Origin: Kiritimatiellia bacterium
Lineage (GTDB): Bacteria > Verrucomicrobiota > Kiritimatiellia > RFP12 > UBA1067
NCBI GenBank assembly: GCA_017463935.1
Contig: JAFUEM010000016.1
Location: forward strand, 1-41,932
Reading direction: 5' to 3'
Length of the DNA: 41,932 nt
Shown here: positions 9,125-17,598 of the stretch, one piece after another
Layout: every line of letters begins with the position of its first letter
How positions within the stretch are numbered: the stretch's first letter is position 1
Notes under the pieces: model-generated
The model's input: only the letters and a program-made list of their open reading frames with translations
Databases searched by the model: none
What the model was told of the DNA's origin: nothing
Made by a program: the position numbers and the translations under genes

Positions 9125-11182
9125 ATGCAAAAGTCTTTTGTTGTTGTTGCGATGTGCCTGGTCTGTGCGGTTCTGCGTGGCGCTGACACGCCGGCAGGGA
9201 AGCAGGTGCGCGTCTATCCGACGCCGAAGCATCTTGAGCTGACGGGCGGCGTGTCGAAGGTGCGTCCGGGCGAGGTGAAATTCCGTCGCGTGGACGGGCT
9301 CGGCCCGGAAGGTTATCGGATCGTCGCCACCAGGGATGCCGTCACCGTGGAGGTTACCGCGAAGGCCGGCGGCTTCTATGCGAAACAGACGCTCCGCCAG
9401 CTGGCGGCGGACGGCGCGATTCCCTGCTGCACCGTCGAGGACGCGCCGGACGTTCCGCTGCGCGGCGTGGTCGAGGGGTTCTACGGCCGCCCGTGGGGCA
9501 CCGAAGGCCGGCTCGATCTGATGGACTTTATGGGGCGCTACAAGATGAACTGCCTGATCTACGGTCCCAAGGACGACCCCTATCATCAGGGCCGATGGAA
9601 GGATCTTTACCCCGACGGCCCTGTCGCGGACTTCCGGCGGCTGCTCAGCGCGGCGCGGAAGAACCACGTGAAGTTCTACTGGGCCGTCCATCTCGGCGAC
9701 GCCTTCAAGGATCCCGCGCCCGCCGCGCGCCAAGCCGAATATGCGGCGCTCTGGCGCAAGCTCGATTCCATGTACGACATCGGCTTCCGCTGTTTCGCCG
9801 TGTTTTTCGACGACTTCGGCCATGCCGACGCCGCGCTTCATGCGGAGATCAGCAATCGCGTCAAGCGTGATTTTCTCGATCGCAAGGGCGACTGCGCGCC
9901 GCTGATCGTCTGCCCGAACGATTATGTCGGCGACGATCGAAGCCCCTACAGCCATGTGATCGGCGAGAAGGCGGACAGGGACATCCGCATCATGTGGACG
10001 GGAATGGGCGTCTGCAGCGACATCACGGCCGCCGCCACCGAGCGGCGCGCGAAGGCGCTGCGCCGCACGCCGTTCATCTGGTGGAACTGGCCCGTCAACG
10101 ATTTCGTCCGGTGCAAGCTGCCCATGGGGCGGACGTACGGCGTGGACGACTACCCCTATTCCGGCTTCGTGTCGAACCCGATGGAGAATCTCGAGGCGTC
10201 CAAGGTCGCGCTCTTCGGCATCGCCGACATGCTCTGGAACAGGCGGGCGTTCAATTCCGAGCGCAACTGGCAGGACGCGATGAAGCATCTCTATCCGTTC
10301 GCGGCGCAGGCGATGCTGCGCTTCTGCGAGCACAACGCCGACCCGCACAAGGAGCCGGGCGCGACGGGCGGTTTCTGGCGCGAGGAGTCGGAGCGTTTCG
10401 CGGCGGCGTTTGCGGCGGAAGGCGCCTCCGCGCTCGCGCGCGAATGCGCGGCGAACGCCACCGCCGCCGAGGAGCTGGCGCGCGTCCTGCCTGAAAAGGC
10501 TCCGAAACTCTGGCGGGAAATCCGGTGGTGGGTGGCGTTCTTCGGTGCGCAGGCGCGCGAGGGTCTTGCGGCGGCGCGGGGCGACGCGGCTGCCTACGTC
10601 AAGGCCAAGGACGACTGCCGCGACATCCAGCAGCGGCAGAAGGCCTACTTCCAGTCGCTTGCGCCGGAGTGGGACCGGCGCCGCTGCACGGGGTGTGTCA
10701 CGGCGACGCGCCATCTGCAGAAGGCCATCGACGACTGCGCGAAGGCGGCCTTCCGCGAACGGCCGGACGTGTACGCGCGCTATTTCCCGACGCTGGGCAC
10801 GACCATCGGGACGATACCGGCCATCGCGGCCAAGGGGCAGCATTTCGAGCGCGGCGAGACGCTGCTGGTGCTCGACAACATCCTTGAGCAGCTGTCGGCC
10901 CGGCCGGGAGACTGGTTCGGGATGAAGATGTCGAAGACGGCGACGTTCAACTACATCTGGCTGCATTTCGACACGACGGAGGCCGTGACGAGCGGGCGTG
11001 TCGAGGTGTCGAAAGACGGCGGAAACACCTGGCAGAACGTTCAGCTGGAAACGGACGGACGCGGTTTGCTCTATGGCCGTGTGGCGGCGGAAGCCGGCTT
11101 CAATGCCGTGCGCTGGATCAATACGTCCGGCCGTCCGGTCAGTTTCAAAATCACGCGGTTCAATGTCGATCTGGTCAAGTGA
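9125..11182 (+). CDS. GH84 beta-N-acetylglucosaminidase (O-GlcNAcase/hyaluronidase-like) with C-terminal beta-sandwich
   Basis: RGVVEGFYGRPW, YGPKDDPYH, catalytic VFFDDF, WWNWPVND. Purine-rich SD before ATG 9125 and signal peptide. Confidence 0.9.
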   Translation: MQKSFVVVAMCLVCAVLRGADTPAGKQVRVYPTPKHLELTGGVSKVRPGEVKFRRVDGLGPEGYRIVATRDAVTVEVTAKAGGFYAKQTLRQLAADGAIPCCTVEDAPDVPLRGVVEGFYGRPWGTEGRLDLMDFMGRYKMNCLIYGPKDDPYHQGRWKDLYPDGPVADFRRLLSAARKNHVKFYWAVHLGDAFKDPAPAARQAEYAALWRKLDSMYDIGFRCFAVFFDDFGHADAALHAEISNRVKRDFLDRKGDCAPLIVCPNDYVGDDRSPYSHVIGEKADRDIRIMWTGMGVCSDITAAATERRAKALRRTPFIWWNWPVNDFVRCKLPMGRTYGVDDYPYSGFVSNPMENLEASKVALFGIADMLWNRRAFNSERNWQDAMKHLYPFAAQAMLRFCEHNADPHKEPGATGGFWREESERFAAAFAAEGASALARECAANATAAEELARVLPEKAPKLWREIRWWVAFFGAQAREGLAAARGDAAAYVKAKDDCRDIQQRQKAYFQSLAPEWDRRRCTGCVTATRHLQKAIDDCAKAAFRERPDVYARYFPTLGTTIGTIPAIAAKGQHFERGETLLVLDNILEQLSARPGDWFGMKMSKTATFNYIWLHFDTTEAVTSGRVEVSKDGGNTWQNVQLETDGRGLLYGRVAAEAGFNAVRWINTSGRPVSFKITRFNVDLVK

Positions 11183-11496
11183 AAAATGGCGGCTGTACGT
11201 CGCGCTCGTCGCCGGTCTGCTACTCAGCGCCGCCGCGTCTGCGCGCGGGCTGCACGACCTCTTCCCGTTCCGGCTGGACGTGGCGGTGAGCAACGCGCAG
11301 ATCGCGGACGCGCCGGACCGTGAGCTCGCGCTCATCGCGCGGCATTTCAATTCGGTGACGCCGGAGAACGCGCTGAAGCCCCAGCCGCTCCAGCCGGGAC
11401 AGCTGGCTCAACGACTTCCCCGTGCGCGGGCGCACGGACTATCCGCTCCTCTTCGACCGCGAACTCAGGCTCAAGCGCTGGGTGACGCGCCTTTAG
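11163..11496 (+). pseudogene. GH10 endo-xylanase remnant: N-terminus joined out of frame to C-terminus
   Basis: One frame gives a signal peptide and [21 protein letters not shown] (to 11399). Another frame from 11398 gives [21 protein letters not shown]...stop 11496. These are the two characteristic GH10 termini. The start is uncertain. Confidence 0.85.
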
Positions 11497-11772
11497 CGCA
11501 GCCGGCAGAGCTCCGGTTGGTTCCGCGCGGCTTCGCGCCCGCCCGCACGTAAACACGCATATTCGCGTTTGCGGGGAGGACCGCGCCCCGTCGCGGCCGT
11601 ATTAATTGGGGATATTCCAAAAACCACGCCGCGTGATTTTTTGGTATAATATAGCACGTCTTCCATAATACGTCTTCAAAATACATCTTCAAACCGCAAA
11701 CTAAAAAAAGGAATGTTGATAACGAAACAGTAAAACGGTCATAGGCGGGCAACCGCCACGGTCGCCACATTG

Positions 11773-11798
11773 GTAGGGCGCGATGTCCTCATCGCGCC
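11773..11798 (+). repeat. GTAG-type REP-like palindrome
   Basis: GTAG (11773-11776) immediately followed by a perfect 9-bp stem, GGCGCGATG-TCCT-CATCGCGCC. Confidence 0.6.
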
Positions 11799-12027
11799 GA
11801 AAACCGATGGAGCGTGGCAGAATCAATTTGCAATGCTGCAAAGCAGTCGTTTGTTGAAACCTAGTAAATTTCATGTTAGACGACACCTTGCAGAGGAAAC
11901 GCATGTGCGTTTGCCTCTCTTCGTGTTTCTAACAGGGCAATACTAGGGCCTCAACAAAGACACAAAGGGAGGCTTTCCATATCCTCGATTCGTGTCAGAC
12001 CGCCGAGCGGTAGAACGGATCGAGCGA

Positions 12028-12678
12028 ATGAAAACAGAAACAGACATAGGAACTGATGCTGCGTTTATCCGAAGGATGGACGCAATAGATCGCCACGACA
12101 TGGTTGTCCTTTTGAAGGATGGCAATGACGATGCGTGGCGTTATGTCCTTTTTCGAGCAGTAGTGCCTGTACTGCACCGCCCAATGTTGGCTAAAATCAA
12201 GTCGGATCGGCATCTTTCGGATTTGGATGTATTAGGGATGCTGTTTGAGCAACTTATCCAGAAAAACGATATAGACAACTATGCCTGCAAGTGTCCAATT
12301 ATCTATTGGATTCGCCCGTATGTGTTCAAGGTGGTGATGGAGTACTGCAAGAAAAACGATGCTCCTGTGTCAGACGAGGACTTCCTTAGCGTCTTAAAGG
12401 ACGAAGCAACGCCAATACCGAACACCGAAATGTTCGAGGAGGCGAGAATGTGTTTCAACCGATTGTGGAAAGAAGATCAATTGAAAGCGAGAGTTCATTA
12501 TCTGAAGACGGTAAGCGAGATGTCGTCACGCGACATCATGCGATTGCTTCATATTTCATCAGAGGCAAATGTCAATCAGTTATTCTCTCGTGCTTGCAGA
12601 TTAATGCGTTCATACAGGGATGAATTACGACAGATGCCGGCAGAACAAGGGAAGGAGGTTCTGTATGCGCTGTCCTGA
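12028..12678 (+). CDS. Divergent ECF-type sigma-70-like factor
   Basis: About 216 aa. LLKDGNDDAWRYV (ECF region 1.2/2-like) and region-4-like HTH ARVHYLKTVSEMSSRDIMRLLHISSEANVNQLFSRA. Overlaps a zinc-finger anti-sigma-like gene. Confidence 0.6.
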   Translation: MKTETDIGTDAAFIRRMDAIDRHDMVVLLKDGNDDAWRYVLFRAVVPVLHRPMLAKIKSDRHLSDLDVLGMLFEQLIQKNDIDNYACKCPIIYWIRPYVFKVVMEYCKKNDAPVSDEDFLSVLKDEATPIPNTEMFEEARMCFNRLWKEDQLKARVHYLKTVSEMSSRDIMRLLHISSEANVNQLFSRACRLMRSYRDELRQMPAEQGKEVLYALS

Positions 12679-14125
12679 CATAGAGGAGTTGATACAATTC
12701 GCCCGGCAGCAAGCATCAGAACGTGATGCTGCCATTGTCGATCATATTGCGGTGTGCGAAAAGTGCCGCCATGAACTGCGAATCATAAACGAAACGCTGG
12801 CGGCAGATGATTGGATGATGCCAGATGGATATGATGATGTCGGAAGCGTTATCCCCAAATGTCGTGACGATGTGCGGCGGTACATTAAAATCGCCTCGAA
12901 AGTAACGGCGGATCGTTGGGGCAAAATGACGATTGCGCCCGGAGACCGTATGATTGTTGATCCGGTGACGAAAGAATGTGTGCCGGCGACCAAGGAGAAT
13001 GTAGAATTGTTCAAGTGCAATGGGATGAGCCTTTACATCAATCCTGACACTGATATGCAGTCCAATCTGAATGTCATGCGAAATTGCACGAGAGGATTCG
13101 GTACCGCACTTGGAATGAACATGGAGGCGCTTAAGGGTGCGGCAATCCCAGATTACAATCTGCCGTGGTGGGTAAAGCTCGTGCCGTCGCCGCTGCAAGT
13201 TAGTTTCCGAAATTGTCGAGAAATCCCAGTGCGACAAAGCGATTTTATAGAGCATCTTGGACGGCGAGGTGTCATACCCTCATCTGATGACATTCGCCAT
13301 GATGTTTGGGAAGACATCAAAAATTCAAATCTCTTCCGGGTATATGAACTTCGAGGATGGGGCGTAGTTTTCCATGTCTATTCAATCTTCGTTACGCACA
13401 TTGCTGTTGAAAAACACTGTGGCATAACAAAGTTGCTCATAAAACCAGCAGGAGATAAAGTCTATAAAGCGGTGGCGGACTTTGTAAAGGCATGGAAAGG
13501 GCATTTGGAGAAACCTAATTGTAAGTGCCTGTCCATAGGGGCATTCGGTGGATGGGATAAAATGAATGTCGTAGAATTGCCTGACAGTGTTCAGGTGTTG
13601 TCGTCGCCGAACAATGATGGTTCAGGAACATGGACGGTAAGACACAATTCGCTTGAACACATGCGCCCAATTTATCGGACGCTTGTCTATCGCCTTTATC
13701 CTGAATCTTGGGCGACTTGGCACGACAGAATCTGTGAAGTCCTTAAGCATGACTCTTTCGAATGCAGCATGACAGTGGCTCGCATGGCAGACATTTCCAA
13801 AGTGCCGCAATATTGTGTTGCGGAGATTTTCGAGGATTTGCGGAAAAGTGACAAAAGATGGCGTTCGGTGAAGAACAAGGTTACAGGCGAATTGGCGCTT
13901 GCGCCTGCCAACGGGAGTTCGGATGCCGGTTCTTTTGTGTCATTGCAAAGCAAGTGGCCGTGGCTTATGCTGGATGGGTCGTTGCTTGTCCTCCAGACGT
14001 TATTGATACAAAGCATTTGCAGGGAAATAAAACTGTGGAATGTTTTGGGTGCCTCAACGGTGTTTTTTGTCTTGATAGTATTTCTCGTTCTAAAAAACAA
14101 TATGCAAAGGAAAATCAAGGAATAA
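12665..14125 (+). CDS. Membrane protein with N-terminal ZAS (zf-HC2) zinc finger, putative winged helix and two C-terminal TM helices
   Basis: SD GGAGG, then MRCP...HIAVCEKC (Cx..Hx3Cx2C). wH-like segment about 13718-13910. Hydrophobic WPWLMLDGSLLVLQTLLI and LWNVLGASTVFFVLIVFLVL. Confidence 0.65.
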   Translation: MRCPDIEELIQFARQQASERDAAIVDHIAVCEKCRHELRIINETLAADDWMMPDGYDDVGSVIPKCRDDVRRYIKIASKVTADRWGKMTIAPGDRMIVDPVTKECVPATKENVELFKCNGMSLYINPDTDMQSNLNVMRNCTRGFGTALGMNMEALKGAAIPDYNLPWWVKLVPSPLQVSFRNCREIPVRQSDFIEHLGRRGVIPSSDDIRHDVWEDIKNSNLFRVYELRGWGVVFHVYSIFVTHIAVEKHCGITKLLIKPAGDKVYKAVADFVKAWKGHLEKPNCKCLSIGAFGGWDKMNVVELPDSVQVLSSPNNDGSGTWTVRHNSLEHMRPIYRTLVYRLYPESWATWHDRICEVLKHDSFECSMTVARMADISKVPQYCVAEIFEDLRKSDKRWRSVKNKVTGELALAPANGSSDAGSFVSLQSKWPWLMLDGSLLVLQTLLIQSICREIKLWNVLGASTVFFVLIVFLVLKNNMQRKIKE

Positions 14126-14143
14126 ACGGAAAGAGGTGCAGAA

Positions 14144-14725
14144 ATGGCGCTAAACGACGTTCTAAATGAAGTTGCAAAGCAACTTGGACTGAGAGACACG
14201 CGGATAGACACGCTGCGTAGAAAGCAAGCGGAACTTTCCGAATCCATACGAGACAACCATGACAGATTGGAGGCGCTGAAGAAACGCGTTGACGATCTTG
14301 ATTCTCGGCTCATCAAGAAAAAGCACGAGTATGATGCTGCAGGCCCCGGAAGGAAAAGGATTATAAAGGAAGAGATCAAGTTGCTCTTTGCGCAACAGGA
14401 TCGAATCACGGAGCCTGTGTCAGCCATTGCAGACCGCATACGGCTTGATGAGCTTGTAAAAGACAAGATAGACATTCTCATATTTGCCGAAGAGAATCCT
14501 TCGCGTACGGAGGAGATTGATGAGATGACGCTTGACATGAAGGAATGGCTTGACGAGCAGAAGGTCCAGTCCAAGGCTTCTGCGGAATTGGGCGACGCTT
14601 CGTATTCTCATCAAGAGGACGAAGCAGAACTCGACAGTCGCCTAAATGCGATAGACGGAGTGGATGAAACGGCTAAGGCATCTCACACCGATCCTATTGA
14701 CGAGCGAATCGCTCAATTGGGATAA
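14144..14725 (+). CDS. ESCRT-III/Snf7/PspA-superfamily-like coiled-coil protein
   Basis: All-helical with a basic N-half and acidic C-half. EEIDEMTLDMKEWLDEQ...EDEAELDSRLNAI resembles Snf7 helices 3-5. C-terminal DPIDERIAQLG is MIM1-like. Confidence 0.55.
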   Translation: MALNDVLNEVAKQLGLRDTRIDTLRRKQAELSESIRDNHDRLEALKKRVDDLDSRLIKKKHEYDAAGPGRKRIIKEEIKLLFAQQDRITEPVSAIADRIRLDELVKDKIDILIFAEENPSRTEEIDEMTLDMKEWLDEQKVQSKASAELGDASYSHQEDEAELDSRLNAIDGVDETAKASHTDPIDERIAQLG

Positions 14726-14765
14726 TCTGATTTACTGGTAACAACCTAAAGAAAGGAATCAAAAA

Positions 14766-15425
14766 ATGGGTATTGCTGATCTGTTCAAGTCCTCCAAGGA
14801 AATTGAACGCGAAAAGAACCGCGCTCGCCGTAGGGCGTTGCGCGATGTTGAACGCGCTTCTGACGTCGTCAAGGATCGCATTGCGACCTTGAAAAAGGAA
14901 CGCGATGCTGCATGGACACAGGCCCGTGAGTATCTACGCGATGGGCAGAAGTCGGCTGCTCAAAGATGCCTTCAGTCCGTACAGGCGAACGAACTGATGA
15001 TGGGCAAGCTCGAACGCAAGAGTTGGGTGTTCAGCCAGTTGGCGACAAAGATGGAAATGGCGAAGACCGATCAGGAGTTTGCCGCCGCTCTTGGCAATCT
15101 GAACACTACGCTCGAAATTGACCCCGACAAGGTTGCTGATGTGCTTGGTGACGTTGACGGTACGCTTTCAGAGCAGGGTGATATCGACAAGATATGGGAG
15201 AAGGAATACGGGAAGGAAATGAATGGACTTTCCCAATCCGATGCCATTCCGTCGGTAGAGGAGATGATGGCTAACCTTGAGAAAGAGGTTGTCGCCGATG
15301 TCACGGGCGGAAAGTCGGTGGCGGGGAAGGTCTTGTCAGCCGGAAGGGATGCCGTGGGTGGAATTGCCGAGGCTATAGGTGAGGGGCGCCGCAGGCTTAA
15401 GGCTCTGATGGACGGAAAGAAATAA
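14766..15425 (+). CDS. ESCRT-III (Snf7/Vps2/Vps24-like) protein
   Basis: MGIADLF N-terminal amphipathic start. RRALRDVER...GQKSAAQRCLQ resembles Vps2-type RALERTQRE...GQVAAAK. IDPDKVADVLGDV (helix 3/4), SVEEMMANLEKEV (helix 5), terminal RRRLKAL. Confidence 0.75.
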   Translation: MGIADLFKSSKEIEREKNRARRRALRDVERASDVVKDRIATLKKERDAAWTQAREYLRDGQKSAAQRCLQSVQANELMMGKLERKSWVFSQLATKMEMAKTDQEFAAALGNLNTTLEIDPDKVADVLGDVDGTLSEQGDIDKIWEKEYGKEMNGLSQSDAIPSVEEMMANLEKEVVADVTGGKSVAGKVLSAGRDAVGGIAEAIGEGRRRLKALMDGKK

Positions 15426-15449
15426 CCCTATTCCTTGGGAGGTAAGCGC

Positions 15450-16643
15450 ATGAGTAGTTTCAATGCGGACAAGAAGCGGGAACATGAGGCGTTGGCGGAA
15501 AAGGCGCTTGCGGCAGGAGACTACGCAAAGGCATTCTTCCATACGGCGCAAGCGGCAGAGTTCACGTTCAACCTCGCAGACCAGAGCGATGGTGATGTGG
15601 CCAGGGCTTATCTTGAAGACGCAAATGAATTGGTGAACATTGCAGCTTCGTTTAAGGAAAAGGCCGCTAAGTCTGGTGCCCGAGTGAATAAAGAAGAGTC
15701 GGGAGGTGCCGAGGTTGATGCGTCTGCAAAAGGTAAGTGGACTGTCACATCTGTCGGCGACATCCTTTTGGATGATGTAAAGGGTCTGACCGAGGCAAAG
15801 GCCGTTGTAATGGATGCATTGATTAATCCCGTTAACCATCCCGACATCTACAAGACACTTAAGGTCAAGCCGGGCACGGGACTCTTATTGTATGGCCCTC
15901 CCGGAACAGGCAAGACTATGTTTGCAAAGGCTATCGCCAATGAGATGAAGACAACGTTCATGCATGTGAAGCTGAACGAACTCAAGAGCAAATATGTAGG
16001 AGAGACGGAGCAGAACATAGCGGAGATGTTCCGTGAGGCCAGGTCCTACAAGAAATGCGTTCTGTTCCTCGATGAATGCGAATCCATGTTGCGCAAGCGC
16101 GGCAATCAAAAGGTCTGCATGGTTGAACAGTTCCTTGTCGAACTTGACGGTTTCAAGAAAGACGATGGCAATCAACTGTTTGTCCTTCTCGCCACAAACA
16201 GGCCTTGGATGCTCGACAGCGCCATTACCCGAAGCGGACGCATCAGCACGGCTGTATATGTTGGGTTGCCAGAAAAGGAGACAAGGCGGCTGATTATCGA
16301 TTCTGCACTCAAGGACGTGCCGCTTTCGCCAGATGTGGATCTTGACAAACTGTCCGACTTGACTGAGGGCTTCAGTGGAGCGGAAATCAGTCACAAGGAG
16401 AATGGCGGTGGCGTATGCGACGATGCTCGGAAGTTTGCGGCAAGAAGATGGATCGAAAGGCGGAAAAGTCAGGCGGAAGGTTCTGAAGAATGGGCAAAGA
16501 TCGAACCAGTTACATGGGCTGATTTTGACCGCGCGTTGAAAACGGTAGTTCCAACATCGAAACGTGATGCAGAAATTATACAGAAGAATCTTGCGTTTCG
16601 TGATTCGGGTGGGAATGTAAGTGACGACTCGGACTCTGATTGA
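15450..16643 (+). CDS. Single-ring AAA+ ATPase with N-terminal MIT-like domain (Vps4/CdvC-like)
   Basis: SD GGAGG. MIT-like AGDYAKAFFHTAQAAEF...ELVNIAASFKEK. DDVKGLTEAK, Walker A GPPGTGKT, pore loop SKYVGE, Walker B LFLDE, ATNRPWMLDSAI, C-terminal VTWADFDRALKTVVPT. Confidence 0.85.
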   Translation: MSSFNADKKREHEALAEKALAAGDYAKAFFHTAQAAEFTFNLADQSDGDVARAYLEDANELVNIAASFKEKAAKSGARVNKEESGGAEVDASAKGKWTVTSVGDILLDDVKGLTEAKAVVMDALINPVNHPDIYKTLKVKPGTGLLLYGPPGTGKTMFAKAIANEMKTTFMHVKLNELKSKYVGETEQNIAEMFREARSYKKCVLFLDECESMLRKRGNQKVCMVEQFLVELDGFKKDDGNQLFVLLATNRPWMLDSAITRSGRISTAVYVGLPEKETRRLIIDSALKDVPLSPDVDLDKLSDLTEGFSGAEISHKENGGGVCDDARKFAARRWIERRKSQAEGSEEWAKIEPVTWADFDRALKTVVPTSKRDAEIIQKNLAFRDSGGNVSDDSDSD

Positions 16644-16669
16644 GATTTTAACATGAAAGGATCTTGAAT

Positions 16670-17584
16670 ATGGAAGAACGTTTCATAGGCAATATGTTGG
16701 GACTATCATTTATGAAGTGGTGGTTCCTGCTGATTCCAAAGGTAGGCATGACGTTGTTCGTCGGCTATGTTTGCTACATGGGTTGGACGAATCTTGGGCC
16801 ACACAAGCCCATTCCGGATGTCGCCAGAATGAAAGCCGCCGACCATGCTGTGGATAAAATCGTTGATTCCATACAGCATAACCGAGGAGGGATGCGAAGC
16901 GCGGCGCTTTGTCATTTCGCCAACGACACGACGGACTACTTTTCGCGGAAACTTCGTGAGCGTATAGAGCAGTCGAACATCCTCGATCTGTCTGACATTG
17001 ACTTCTCCGAGAAGTTGCGTACTGTTTTGAATCTTCGCAACAAAGGTGCAACATCTGCTGACGAGGCTCGGTCAGCAACAAAAAGAGAAAATGTTGACTG
17101 TGTTTTATGGGGTAGTCTTGACAGATTCGAGTCTATAAAAGGCGGGGCAACGCTCACGGGTGAGTGGCAATTAGTAGATAAGAATACAGGCGTTGTCGTT
17201 TGCGGTGGACAAATTCATGAGGGAGCGGGATCGTCAAATTTTGTAGAAGCAATTTCGACGTTGGGGCAGTCTGCCGACGATGTCGAAATTGCCGCATCAG
17301 TCGTTCCGTGGTATATGAGACTTTTGGGTTTTGTTCTTCTTGTTCTGTTGTTGCCAATCGTTACGATATCGTTCATCAGGACAATGGTTGCGAAGCGCTC
17401 AAACAAGGTCAACGCATTTATGCTAGGTGTATACACGGTAATCGACATGATTCTTGCCTTTTTCATGGTCGGAGGAACCTTTTGTTCGTTTGCGCCGGTA
17501 GCAGTATTTCTTGGTGCATCAATGCTCGCCTTCCTCTACAATGTGTCGCTAATGTCATTTGCATTGCGTCTGGAAACGGAATAA
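16670..17584 (+). CDS. Membrane protein: N-terminal TM, CsgG/LpoB-like extracytoplasmic domain, three C-terminal TMs
   Basis: Hydrophobic stretches at both ends. ALCHFANDT...VDCVLWGSL...WQLVDKNTGVVV pattern typical of the CsgG/LpoB/TolB-N fold. Confidence 0.55.
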   Translation: MEERFIGNMLGLSFMKWWFLLIPKVGMTLFVGYVCYMGWTNLGPHKPIPDVARMKAADHAVDKIVDSIQHNRGGMRSAALCHFANDTTDYFSRKLRERIEQSNILDLSDIDFSEKLRTVLNLRNKGATSADEARSATKRENVDCVLWGSLDRFESIKGGATLTGEWQLVDKNTGVVVCGGQIHEGAGSSNFVEAISTLGQSADDVEIAASVVPWYMRLLGFVLLVLLLPIVTISFIRTMVAKRSNKVNAFMLGVYTVIDMILAFFMVGGTFCSFAPVAVFLGASMLAFLYNVSLMSFALRLETE

Positions 17585-17598
17585 TCAAGGAGAGCGAC

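Noticed and set aside
5557-11350. Very long minus-strand ORFs 5557..9189 and 9101..11350
   Set aside because: Antisense shadows of well-supported plus-strand genes in GC-rich DNA; Arg/Ala-rich with no motifs.
14144-16643. Eukaryotic or archaeal contamination as the source of the ESCRT-like genes
   Set aside because: No introns, bacterial SD sites, and operonic coupling to an ECF-like sigma, DUF1294 and a trigger-factor-derived domain.
14144-16643. Ordinary pspA-pspF or ftsH interpretation
   Set aside because: The ATPase lacks the GAFTGA loop and HTH of PspF and lacks the TM and HExxH protease domain of FtsH.
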